Part shown: one piece after another, positions 1 through 8,622 of the stretch | Numbering within the stretch: position 1 is the stretch's first letter | Layout: every line of letters begins with the position of its first letter | DNA from: Erysipelothrix inopinata | GTDB lineage: Bacteria; Bacillota_I; Bacilli_A; Erysipelotrichales; Erysipelotrichaceae | Reading direction: 5' to 3' | Assembly (NCBI RefSeq): GCF_014396165.1 | Contig: NZ_CP060715.1 | Span: 1,020,001-1,052,000 of the forward strand | Length of the DNA: 32,000 bases | Translations under genes and position numbers: made by a program | Notes under the pieces: model-generated | What the model was told of the DNA's origin: nothing | The model's input: the letters and a program-made list of their open reading frames with translations, nothing else | Databases searched by the model: none

Positions 1-437
<437 letters not shown>

Positions 438-446
438 GAGCCAATA

Positions 447-1739
447 ATGAAACAAGATAAAATTGTTGTAATAGATTTAGGAAGTACTGAAAACGCTGCA
501 ATCGCACGTTTTATCCGCAAGCACCAAGTATACAGTGAAGTTTTACCGCATGATATTTCTCCTGCTACTTTGCTAGACAGAGAAAATGTCAAAGGTATTA
601 TACTTAACGGGGGCATGAATCGTCTTGTTGACGGTGCAAATGTTACTATCGTTGATGAACTCTATAATTTGAATTTGCCAATCATTGCTATCGATTATCC
701 AGAATCTAAAGCAGAAGTAAATTATGATGAGATTCCAAGCGACGATATCCTTGAAACATTCATTTTTGAAACTTGCAATGCTGATAAAGACTGGAATGTT
801 GATAACTTTATCGCGGCAGAAGTAAAACGCATTCAAGATGAAGTAAAAGATAAGAAAGTATTGTTAGCATTATCAGGTGGCGTTGACTCATCTGTAGTTG
901 CTGCATTGCTCATTAAAGCAATCGGAAAACAACTTGTTTGTGTTCATGTTAACCATGGTTTAATGCGTAAAGATGAATCAGAGGGCGTTATTGAAGTATT
1001 CAGTAAAGACCTTGGTGAAAACTTAATTTACGTTGATGCGTCAGAGCGTTTCTTAACAAAATTAGAAAATGTTGCAGATCCGGAACAAAAACGTAAAATT
1101 ATTGGTAATGAATTTATTGAAGTCTTTAACGAAGAAGCACGCAAGCTTGACGGTATTGATTATCTTGCGCAAGGAACAATCTACTCAGATGTTATCGAAA
1201 GTGGTACAAAAACTTCAAAAGGTGTTAAATCTCATCATAACGTCGGCGGGCTTCCTGAAGATTTACAATTTAAACTAATTGAACCTATGGCTCAACTCTT
1301 TAAAGATGAGGTTCGTGAATGTGGATTAGCTCTTGGGCTTCCTGAAGATATGGTGTTCAGACAACCATTCCCAGGACCTGGACTTGGTGTACGTACACTT
1401 GGTGCAATCACCCGCGATCGTCTTCATGCAGTTCGTGAAGCAGATGCAATTCTTCGTGAAGAGTTTGCAAATGCAGGACTAAATAAAAAAGTATGGCAAT
1501 ACTTTACAGTTATTCCAAACTTTAAATCTGTTGGAGTAAAAGATGGCCATCGAACATTTGATTACCCAATCATTATTCGTGCTGTTAATACAGTAGATGC
1601 AATGACTGCAACAATCGAACCCATTGATTATGAAATATTAAATATCATTGTTAATCGTATTCTTGCAGAAGTTGAAGGCGTTAATCGTGTACTTTACGAT
1701 TTATCACCAAAACCAATCGCAACCATTGAATGGGAATAA
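447..1739 (+). CDS. guaA: GMP synthase: complete ATP-pyrophosphatase and dimerisation domains, with a truncated, Cys-less N-terminal amidotransferase remnant
   Basis: 430-codon ORF with TAGGAG upstream of ATG 447. It carries the PP-loop SGGVDSSV, plus KSHHNVGGLPE, FRQPFPGPGLGVR and the C-terminal PIATIEWE. The N-terminal ~110 aa resemble only the first strands of a class I GATase (see finding). Confidence 0.9.
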   Translation: MKQDKIVVIDLGSTENAAIARFIRKHQVYSEVLPHDISPATLLDRENVKGIILNGGMNRLVDGANVTIVDELYNLNLPIIAIDYPESKAEVNYDEIPSDDILETFIFETCNADKDWNVDNFIAAEVKRIQDEVKDKKVLLALSGGVDSSVVAALLIKAIGKQLVCVHVNHGLMRKDESEGVIEVFSKDLGENLIYVDASERFLTKLENVADPEQKRKIIGNEFIEVFNEEARKLDGIDYLAQGTIYSDVIESGTKTSKGVKSHHNVGGLPEDLQFKLIEPMAQLFKDEVRECGLALGLPEDMVFRQPFPGPGLGVRTLGAITRDRLHAVREADAILREEFANAGLNKKVWQYFTVIPNFKSVGVKDGHRTFDYPIIIRAVNTVDAMTATIEPIDYEILNIIVNRILAEVEGVNRVLYDLSPKPIATIEWE

Positions 1740-1750
1740 TATTTTGCTTA

Positions 1751-1787
1751 AAGGTAAGTTCTTTGAAGAAAGAACTTACCTTTTTTT
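1751..1787 (+). terminator. Rho-independent terminator after guaA
   Basis: AAGGTAAGTTCTTT (1751-1764), loop GAAG, AAAGAACTTACCTT (1769-1782), then a T-run to 1787. Confidence 0.85.
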
Positions 1788-1866
1788 GAGAATGAATGAT
1801 AATAGTAACTATATATCTGAGAAGAGTAAAGTATGAAAGGTTGAAATTATATTTAAAATATATAAA

Positions 1867-1875
1867 TGGTATAAT
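1867..1875 (+). promoter_or_regulatory. Extended -10 (TGgTATAAT) candidate promoter for the LytTR gene
   Basis: TGGTATAAT at 1867-1875, about 35 nt upstream of GTG 1911. There is no well-spaced -35 (TTGAAA at 1841 is 23 nt away). Confidence 0.4.
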
Positions 1876-1910
1876 ATAAACATCAACAATTAAATCTAGG
1901 GGGGATTCTA

Positions 1911-2618
1911 GTGGATATCGCATTAGTTGATAATGATTTTTTAATCCATGATTTAATCCAAACAATAGTTAAAGAACTAGGAGAGCAAATTAACATGAAC
2001 ATAAAGCTTTCCTCTTTTATGAGTGCAGAGGACTACTTATGTAGAAATCTAAGTATTAAATATGACTTGATAATTATGTCAATAGAACTTCCATCAATCA
2101 GTGGAATTGAACTCGTACATATCTTAAGAAGAGAGAAAAAATGTCCGAGAATAATTTATATTTCAGACAATACATTTTCATCTAAAGAAGCATTTGCTCC
2201 ACAGGTACTATATTATGTCCTAAAGAAAGATATAAGAAATAAACTTTTAACTTGTATATATTCTGCCCTGTATGAAATTAATAATGTAGTATTGAAAACA
2301 ATTGAGTTCTATACAGACCAAGGATATGTTTTCATTCCGAGTAAGGAAGTTGTTTGTATCATATACGAAAATAGAAGTCCGATTCTATATACTTCCCAAA
2401 ATTCATATGTTATTAGAAATGAAACTGTAAAAAGCCTTTATGCCAAATTGAGTCCTCGGGTTTTTATAAAACCAAACTATGGAACCATTGTAAACATGAG
2501 GTACATATCTTCAATTTCGGCAAAAGAACTTACACTAGAATCATTTCCAGAAATGATTCTAATATCGCGAGGAAAATATAAATATCTTATGGATGCAATC
2601 CGTGAGTTTTATAAATAG
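1911..2618 (+). CDS. LytTR-family DNA-binding response-regulator-like protein with a pseudo-receiver domain (orphan, no kinase nearby)
   Basis: GTG start with a G-rich Shine-Dalgarno (SD) sequence, AGGGGGGA, at 1898-1905. The N-terminus is REC-like (VDND...YDLIIMSIELPSISGIEL...IIYISDN...YYVLKK). The C-terminus is LytTR-like (FIPSKEVVCIIYENRSPILYT...IKPNYGTIVNMRYI). The phospho-acceptor position is Ser (codon 2079-2081). Confidence 0.8.
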   Translation: MDIALVDNDFLIHDLIQTIVKELGEQINMNIKLSSFMSAEDYLCRNLSIKYDLIIMSIELPSISGIELVHILRREKKCPRIIYISDNTFSSKEAFAPQVLYYVLKKDIRNKLLTCIYSALYEINNVVLKTIEFYTDQGYVFIPSKEVVCIIYENRSPILYTSQNSYVIRNETVKSLYAKLSPRVFIKPNYGTIVNMRYISSISAKELTLESFPEMILISRGKYKYLMDAIREFYK

Positions 2619-2661
2619 AACCATTTAGCTCTAATTAACGACAATTTAACCATAAATAGGC

Positions 2662-2687
2662 TTGAAATGAAATGGTAATGGTATTAT
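2662..2687 (+). promoter_or_regulatory. Candidate promoter (TTGAAA -35-like, extended -10 TGgTATTAT) for the secreted-protein transcript
   Basis: TTGAAA at 2662-2667 and TGGTATTAT at 2679-2687. The 14-nt spacer is short, so the extended -10 would have to carry it. Confidence 0.35.
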
Positions 2688-2700
2688 CGGATTAAGTAAA

Positions 2701-2726
2701 AGGAGGGATTCATGATTCATTTATAG
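2701..2726 (+). promoter_or_regulatory. Strong SD plus 4-codon mini-ORF (MIHL-stop) in the leader of the secreted-protein gene
   Basis: AGGAGG at 2701-2706, 5 nt spacer, then ATG ATT CAT TTA TAG (2712-2726). It lies just downstream of the candidate promoter and about 115 nt before TTG 2840. Confidence 0.3.
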
Positions 2727-2839
2727 GTTAAAGTGTTACTGCTTATGATTATTCAGAACGCAAAATATGTGTGACTAACTCTTTACGCAACTTGTTACTG
2801 ATTAAATATTTGAATTCAAAGTATGAAGGAGGATTTTAC

Positions 2840-3280
2840 TTGAAATCAATTAAAATAAATCGTATTGATAGGAATAATAAACGACTTCGTATTTACTTCC
2901 TAGCGCTCACATGGGCAATGATATTGGTACTCATGAATCCGGTACATGCAGAAACTAAATCTATAAATACAGATCGCGGTAAAATGGAAGCCTTTATTGG
3001 TGGAGGCTATCTATCGTCAACAGGACAAAAATATGTAGATTACACATCAAGAATGACAAATGGATCCAAAACGAGGCTCTATCTTAAATCTTCAACATAT
3101 GAGTACCGTTCTGGAAAATCAGTACACTCCGTACCAAGATTTGGCGGACCTGATAGAAATTACATACAAGATTACTTTTACCTTAAAGGATATTCGGGAA
3201 CAGGACTTACAACCTATTCCACTCATGAGGCAATATACACTAACGCTCATTCCATTGTATTAGTCAGAGAAAACTACTAA
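2840..3280 (+). CDS. Small Sec-secreted protein of unknown function (mature form about 108 aa, Tyr/Gly/Ser/Thr-rich, no Cys)
   Basis: TTG 2840 is preceded by GAAGGAGG (2826-2833, 6 nt spacer). The N-terminus MKSIKINRIDRNNKRLRIYFLALTWAMILVLMNPVHA/ETK is a basic n-region, h-region and AxA-like cleavage site. The GTG 2771 start given in the track has no RBS. Confidence 0.7.
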   Translation: MKSIKINRIDRNNKRLRIYFLALTWAMILVLMNPVHAETKSINTDRGKMEAFIGGGYLSSTGQKYVDYTSRMTNGSKTRLYLKSSTYEYRSGKSVHSVPRFGGPDRNYIQDYFYLKGYSGTGLTTYSTHEAIYTNAHSIVLVRENY

Positions 3281-3284
3281 TAAG

Positions 3285-3323
3285 AAACCCAGAGCCAATA
3301 CTATAATTCAAGGCCTGGGTTTT
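3285..3323 (+). terminator. Hairpin/terminator after the secreted-protein gene
   Basis: AAACCCAGaGCC (3285-3296) pairs with GGCCTGGGTTT (3312-3322), with one bulge and a 15-nt loop, followed by TTTAC. The loop is long and the T-run short, so it may be leaky. Confidence 0.55.
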
Positions 3324-3351
3324 ACTTAACATATATCAAATGGAGATAAAG

Positions 3352-4248
3352 ATGAAAAAATTATTCATAATACTTTTTTTGTTTGCAGGTGGATGCAGTA
3401 CTCAACAAGTACAAAAAGAAAAAATAGATTTCGATAAACCTAACAAGGAAAGTGACACAGTTTATGATTTTTCACATGGCATTGTTGGTTATAACTTTGA
3501 GAAAATTGTAAGCGAAGATGGAGAAATATCTTTCAAGTATCAAATATCTAATAATGGAAAAGAAGTTGACCTTGGCATTGTATTTCTAATTGACGGATTA
3601 CCGCAAAAAATAAAAATTGATCGTGAAGAAGTGTTAATGTTTACAAAGCACTTTAATTCAATGGAATCAGAAGAAATAGAAGTGAAACTAAATGTTGATT
3701 CAGAGTTATATCCTCAAAACTCTAATCTTAACGCAATCGCTATTATCAACCCAACTATGAAAATTGAGACACCTCAGCAGTACGGTGTAAACCACTATGC
3801 TAGTTTCTCACCAACCATGAAGGTTGAGTTAGGTCAAGGTCAAAAAAGTGACATTGTCAGGAAACATGAAGAAGGATTGGTATTCATGGATCTTGCTGAA
3901 GAAGATAAAGTAAAGTATCAGCATCATGGAGAAAATATGCTAAATACTGAGGTATATATAGAAGTAGCTCCAAAGGTTCAAGAAGGTGTGGATACAATAA
4001 AAAAACAAGAATCAATACCTATAAAAATATTAGGAGCACCCGGATTCTATCGCGTAATAATTGCTGAAGATAATATATTAAGTGATTTGTTTGTTGCAGA
4101 AGTCAAGTCAGGGAAAAAATCTGAGCTTGAGATTAAAAGAGATTTTGAAAATGTACAAAATGTTTATTTTGTTGTGATTCCTATTGATGAACAGGACACT
4201 CATAGTTATGTGATGCCCGGTCAGTCAAGTAAGTGGGTATTAGAATGA
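3352..4248 (+). CDS. Putative lipoprotein, unknown family
   Basis: ATG 3352 lies 6 nt after GGAG. The signal MKKLFIILFLFAGGC/STQQ is lipobox-like, and the rest is hydrophilic and beta-rich. Its stop overlaps the next start (ATGA, 4245-4248). Confidence 0.75.
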   Translation: MKKLFIILFLFAGGCSTQQVQKEKIDFDKPNKESDTVYDFSHGIVGYNFEKIVSEDGEISFKYQISNNGKEVDLGIVFLIDGLPQKIKIDREEVLMFTKHFNSMESEEIEVKLNVDSELYPQNSNLNAIAIINPTMKIETPQQYGVNHYASFSPTMKVELGQGQKSDIVRKHEEGLVFMDLAEEDKVKYQHHGENMLNTEVYIEVAPKVQEGVDTIKKQESIPIKILGAPGFYRVIIAEDNILSDLFVAEVKSGKKSELEIKRDFENVQNVYFVVIPIDEQDTHSYVMPGQSSKWVLE

Positions 4249-5345
4249 AAAAAGTAGTCAGTATTTTATGTGTGTTGATACTGTTGCAAGGATGTGAAAA
4301 AGTTAATTTAGAGACGAAACCAGCTCCTGAATCTATGGCTGTTATAGAGGCGGTAAATAAGGAATTGAACGAAGATTACATCATCTTGAACTCTGCTAGG
4401 CATGAGGATATGTTGCTTGTCCTATTTGGCGCATATAATCGTGAGGATATTGCTCCATCAAAAATTGTAATTTATAACCTGAAAGACGAAACAGTTGTCG
4501 GGTCAAAGGATATGGGTGCTTATTTTGATAATGTATCGATTGTGACGTTGAATGGGGGTTTCTATATTGACAAAGACCGTATACCTACTGTGTATGATTA
4601 TGAGCTAAAAGAAATCCTGAAGTTAGATTCTTTTAATTTAGATTCAGGTCATAGTTTTTTAAGTGAAGAAAATTCATACACATTTTCGGAAGATATGTCA
4701 AAAGTTGCTTATGTTAAATTATCAAATCAGGTTTTAACAGTCTATGATTTTAATACGGAAATTGAGACGGAATATTACAAGTTATCAGACGAGAACGAAA
4801 ATATAAGTAAATTTAATAATTTTTTTCTATGTGGTACCAAAATTGGATTTGCGGGTATGGCATTCGAGGAAAATGATTTAGGTATTCAAGATTCAAATGT
4901 TTACGGTGTCATTGACATGGAAAACAAAGATATTAGCTTTAGTTATAAAATGCCAACAATGGCTCGATACTCTCAGGGTTCATTGTTGATTTATGATATG
5001 CCTCAGGTTAAAGAGAATGACAATGGAACTGGTGAGTCAATTTTACTAGATATAAACTCAGGTGATGAGCTTGTTATAAAGTTGCTCAAATCTATCAATA
5101 GCAAAGATGTCGATATAGTAGATGCTAACACGATCGTTTCCTATTCGGAAATTGGAAAAAACAGAGCTGAACTGATCCTCTACAGAGCTGACGAAGTAAT
5201 CAAGCTTGAGGGTGTACTTCCTCAAGATGCGTTTAATATAAGGACCACTAAAATTACTGATAATAAACTCTTTATTTCTTATTTAACGACTGATAACGGA
5301 AAAACGAAGGCAGTAGCAAAAATGGTGGATTATTCATGGAAATAA
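4245..5345 (+). CDS. Putative lipoprotein with beta-propeller-like repeats, unknown family
   Basis: MKKVVSILCVLILLQGC/EK is a lipobox. It has recurring strand motifs (IVIYNLKDETVV, LTVYDFNTEIE, LLIYDMPQ, ILLDINSGDELV, LILYRADEVIKL). It is translationally coupled on both sides. Confidence 0.75.
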   Translation: MKKVVSILCVLILLQGCEKVNLETKPAPESMAVIEAVNKELNEDYIILNSARHEDMLLVLFGAYNREDIAPSKIVIYNLKDETVVGSKDMGAYFDNVSIVTLNGGFYIDKDRIPTVYDYELKEILKLDSFNLDSGHSFLSEENSYTFSEDMSKVAYVKLSNQVLTVYDFNTEIETEYYKLSDENENISKFNNFFLCGTKIGFAGMAFEENDLGIQDSNVYGVIDMENKDISFSYKMPTMARYSQGSLLIYDMPQVKENDNGTGESILLDINSGDELVIKLLKSINSKDVDIVDANTIVSYSEIGKNRAELILYRADEVIKLEGVLPQDAFNIRTTKITDNKLFISYLTTDNGKTKAVAKMVDYSWK

Positions 5346-6208
5346 TAATTGAAAATTTGAACAAGTACTATGGAAAAAATCACGTCCTTAAGGATGTTAG
5401 TTTAACGTTAACTCCAGGGGTATATGGGTTACTAGGGCCAAATGGTGCGGGTAAAACAACACTAATACATGTGCTGATAGGCCTGCTTGAATATGAAAGT
5501 GGAACCATTCAAGTTAAAAATCAAATAATGTTTAATAGTGATGAATACATATCAAAAATAGGGTATTTGCCACAATATCCATCATTTTATCCCGAGTTCA
5601 AAATTCAAGAATTTCTTGAATATATGTGTGTTTTGAAGGGTGTAAATCCGTCAGAAATTCAAAGTAAAATTGACAAACTCTTAGTGAGTGTGAACTTATC
5701 GAATAAACGAAGTCATAAAATTAAAACTCTTTCCGGAGGTATGAAACAACGCCTCGGTATTGCGCAAGCATTAATTAATGATCCGGAGTTATTAATTTTA
5801 GATGAACCAACATCTGGACTCGACCCAAAAGAAAGGATTCGATTTCGCAATATTATATCAAAATTAGCAAAAGACAAAATTATTATCTTCTCTTCTCATA
5901 TTATTAGTGATATTGAGCATATTGCAGATACTATTTTTTTGTTGAAGGATGGAAAACTGATTGTTGAAGCGTCTCAGTCGCTACTTCTTAAAAGTATTTT
6001 TGGAATCGTTCAAGAGATGAGTATTAGCAAGGAAGAATTAGTCCCATTATCAGAGATTTACAAAATTACTCGTGTAAAGCAATTAGATAATGGATATTTA
6101 ATAAGATTCATGAGTCATGAGCGGGTTGGAGATGCGGTAAATCCAGATATTGAAGATGTGTATATGTATTACTTTGGAGATGAATATGAACAACTTGACA
6201 CGTTATGA
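5336..6208 (+). CDS. ABC transporter ATP-binding protein (ABC-2/DrrA-like subfamily)
   Basis: Walker A GPNGAGKTT, Q-loop LPQ, signature LSGGMKQR, Walker B LLILDEPTSGLD, H-loop SSHI. About 75 aa of C-terminal extension, typical of ABC-2 ATPases. Confidence 0.92.
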   Translation: MEIIIENLNKYYGKNHVLKDVSLTLTPGVYGLLGPNGAGKTTLIHVLIGLLEYESGTIQVKNQIMFNSDEYISKIGYLPQYPSFYPEFKIQEFLEYMCVLKGVNPSEIQSKIDKLLVSVNLSNKRSHKIKTLSGGMKQRLGIAQALINDPELLILDEPTSGLDPKERIRFRNIISKLAKDKIIIFSSHIISDIEHIADTIFLLKDGKLIVEASQSLLLKSIFGIVQEMSISKEELVPLSEIYKITRVKQLDNGYLIRFMSHERVGDAVNPDIEDVYMYYFGDEYEQLDTL

Positions 6209-7295
6209 AATAAAAAAAATGTTAGACAAAAAGAGTATTCTCATTATTTTATTGCTTCTTGCTTTTAATGTTTTACATATTATTAACTTAAATTACGATG
6301 TAATTACAGATGGGTTTTATCAGGGAAAGCAAAAATTAGTTGATGAGGTTTCTGGTAAGATAACTGTAGATAAAGTTTCATTCATTAAAGAAGGAATGGT
6401 AAGTAATCAAGAACGCGTTGAGCAAGGATTGAATGATCCTCTGAATGGAAATGAGGGTACATATACTGGTTACTATTTCGGCGACATGAACGCGTTCTCC
6501 GAGATTTACAAAGATATGGAACGTATTTATAATTATGACTCACTCATGAAAAATAAAGTTGAGATAATTCGAGAAAACAGTAGGCATTCTGGATTCAATG
6601 ATTCAGTAACCAGGAACACACTCAAAGACATGGACAACCGAATTATCACTCAGTATTACGATACATACGGCCTCGAAAATTACTTTTCCTATAATGATTC
6701 ACTAATATTTGTTGGAATAATCATAATGTATTTGTCCATTAATTATCTGTATTTTGATCAATCCTATGAAATGAATACGATAGTTGGATCAACAGTAATT
6801 GGCAAGTCGAAATATCATTCTGTTAAGAGGAGAATGACGATCCGACTTACCTTGATAGTTTCTGCAGCATTTTTACTCATTGATTTAGTAACCTATTCTG
6901 TACTATTTAATATTAAGGGATGGCATAATCCAATCTATAGCTTACCGAGTTATCAATATAGTTACTTTAATATAAGTATTTTATTTATGATATTCATTCA
7001 AGGTTTTGAAAAAATAATAATACTGGTGATGTTTTCAATTTTTATATATCTCATCTCAAAATTCGTTCGCTCTCATTATCAATGTGGAGTATTCGCGTTA
7101 CTCATGTTAGGCTTGTTGTGGTTGAATGTATTTTCGAAAACCTCGAAATATTCATACCTAAAGATTACTCAAACATTACTTCCCTTAGCTGTAATCAAAT
7201 TTTCAGAAAAATATTTACTCTTCATTTCAGTAATTTTCTTATTAATAATGCTCGCGTACTATAGATTTACTTTTCGAAAGATGAGGAATCACTAA
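6186..7295 (+). CDS. ABC-2-type permease (N-terminal TM, ~150-aa extracytoplasmic loop, C-terminal TM bundle)
   Basis: ATG 6186 lies 6 nt after GGAG (6176-6179) and overlaps the ATPase stop by 23 nt. N-terminus MNNLTRYEIKKMLDKKSILIILLLLAF, with multiple hydrophobic helices in the C-terminal half. Confidence 0.75.
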   Translation: MNNLTRYEIKKMLDKKSILIILLLLAFNVLHIINLNYDVITDGFYQGKQKLVDEVSGKITVDKVSFIKEGMVSNQERVEQGLNDPLNGNEGTYTGYYFGDMNAFSEIYKDMERIYNYDSLMKNKVEIIRENSRHSGFNDSVTRNTLKDMDNRIITQYYDTYGLENYFSYNDSLIFVGIIIMYLSINYLYFDQSYEMNTIVGSTVIGKSKYHSVKRRMTIRLTLIVSAAFLLIDLVTYSVLFNIKGWHNPIYSLPSYQYSYFNISILFMIFIQGFEKIIILVMFSIFIYLISKFVRSHYQCGVFALLMLGLLWLNVFSKTSKYSYLKITQTLLPLAVIKFSEKYLLFISVIFLLIMLAYYRFTFRKMRNH

Positions 7296-7349
7296 TGTTT
7301 CGTTTTGAGTTTAAGAAGAATGTAATTGCAAACAAGTTTTGGGTGGAAG

Positions 7350-7370
7350 TGACCTAGTTTTGTGAGACAC
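7350..7370. repeat. IS terminal inverted repeat (orfB-proximal end)
   Basis: TGACCTAGTTTTGTGAGACAC. Similarity to the other end continues through an A-run (TCATAAAAAAA versus AATAAAAAAA). Confidence 0.85.
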
Positions 7371-7382
7371 TCATAAAAAAAA

Positions 7383-8267
7383 TTAACCTAGGATTCTAGA
7401 TTCTCGATACTTTACCGGGGATTTAAATTCCAGTTTTGCTTGTACTCGTGTGTTGTTATAATGTTTAATAAAGTTTATCACAGTTTGTGATATAATTTCA
7501 TTGGAACTTTTCAGTTCTGGATATCGATAGAACGTTTCAGACTTTAAGGTGGAATGAAACGATTCGATTGGAGCGTTATCTGCAGGTGTGCCTTTTCGGG
7601 ACATACTCATGGTAATGCTCTTTTTATATACTGTTTCCTGATAGATTTTTGATGTATACACGGTTCCTTGATCCGAGTGAAGTATACACCTATGCTTTAT
7701 TTCAGGAAGTTGATTTAAGGTATCCAGCACAAAATTTGTATCCTGTGTATCGTCCAACGAAAAAGCAATAATTTCGCCATTATAAAGATCCATAATAGTA
7801 GATAAATATAATGTTTTTTCTCCCCATGGAAGATATGTAATATCCGTTGACAGTTTCTCTAATGGACGATTTGCGGTAAAGTCACGATCAATTATATTAC
7901 TGGCAACAATCGATTCTTTTCCTTTAACGTGTTTAACTTTCTTAGGTTTAACCCTACATTGTAGATTGAATTTTTGCATAATTCTCTGAACAGTATTTTT
8001 ATTTAAATGGTTTCCTTCGTCTTTAAGTATTCCTTTTATTGTACGATAACCATATTCATAATTCGTTTCTTTGCATTTTGATATTACTATTCTCTCATTA
8101 TAAGAAATTTCATTTACTTCTATTTTGTTTTTCCATCTGTAGTATGTTGATCGAGGAATATCAAATAACTCTAGAATTAACTTAATTGGCATCAAATCCT
8201 TGAATTCATTTACAATCTCAATGATTATTTGTGGTACCACTTCCTTTCCTTCTCTTTGTACTTTTTT
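7383..8267 (-). CDS. IS3-family transposase OrfB part (DDE integrase core), expressed as an OrfAB fusion by -1 frameshift
   Basis: rve-type motifs DITYLPWGEKTLYLSTIMDLYNGEII (D), HSDQGTVYTS (D) and PADNAPIESFHSTLKSE (E). The -1 frame is open from the slippery site (8267) to TAA at 7383-7385. Confidence 0.9.
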   Translation of the reverse strand, partial: KKVQREGKEVVPQIIIEIVNEFKDLMPIKLILELFDIPRSTYYRWKNKIEVNEISYNERIVISKCKETNYEYGYRTIKGILKDEGNHLNKNTVQRIMQKFNLQCRVKPKKVKHVKGKESIVASNIIDRDFTANRPLEKLSTDITYLPWGEKTLYLSTIMDLYNGEIIAFSLDDTQDTNFVLDTLNQLPEIKHRCILHSDQGTVYTSKIYQETVYKKSITMSMSRKGTPADNAPIESFHSTLKSETFYRYPELKSSNEIISQTVINFIKHYNNTRVQAKLEFKSPVKYRESRILG

Positions 8268-8545
8268 AATATCTTTATTTGATTCTCCAATATTTTGTTT
8301 TTAATTTCTAAACTTTCTTCTTTCGACCTGTCAGTTGGTCCATGACCATAACTATATTGTTGTCCAGGTGACTGTGACAATCTCTCAATTTCACCATCAC
8401 GATACCAGTAGTACCAAGTGTATACTTGCGATTCACTTTTAATATCTAACATCACCTGAATTTCTTTTACGCTGTATCCCTCTTCTTTGAGCTTGATTGC
8501 TTCTAGTTTAACCTCTAGAGGGTAATAATTGTTTTTCTTAGCCAT
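8225..8545 (-). CDS. IS3-family transposase OrfA (HTH)
   Basis: ATG 8545 (MAKKNNYYPLEVKLEAIKLKEEGYSVKEIQ...) with AGGAGGTGC about 9 nt upstream. Helix-turn-helix N-terminus, leucine-zipper-like C-terminus, ends at 8225. Confidence 0.88.
   Translation of the reverse strand: MAKKNNYYPLEVKLEAIKLKEEGYSVKEIQVMLDIKSESQVYTWYYWYRDGEIERLSQSPGQQYSYGHGPTDRSKEESLEIKNKILENQIKILKKYKEKERKWYHK
8261..8267 (-). promoter_or_regulatory. Programmed -1 ribosomal frameshift heptamer A-AAA-AAG
   Basis: The minus strand reads TTA AAA AAG in the orfA frame. Slipping one nt back gives AAA AAA GTA CAA AGA ..., which runs into the orfB frame. Confidence 0.8.
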
Positions 8546-8622
8546 AATATAAAAGCACCTCCTATTGTACTTGTCATTGTCTAACAACGATTGTACGAAT
8601 ACAAGGTGCTTCTTTTTTTATT

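Noticed and set aside
1841-1846. TTGAAA as the -35 of the LytTR gene promoter.
   Set aside because: It lies 23 nt from the TATAAT box, too far. The promoter call rests on the extended -10 only.
2771-2839. GTG 2771 as the start of the secreted-protein gene (169-aa version in the track).
   Set aside because: It has no RBS, and the extra 23 residues precede a perfectly good signal peptide. TTG 2840 has GAAGGAGG at ideal spacing.
7347-7349. A canonical 3-4 bp target-site duplication directly abutting the 21-bp IS inverted repeats.
   Set aside because: The flanks are AAG on the left and GTG on the right, which are not identical. Only the GTG at 7343-7345 matches, 4 nt away from the IR. I report it as atypical rather than calling a clean duplication.
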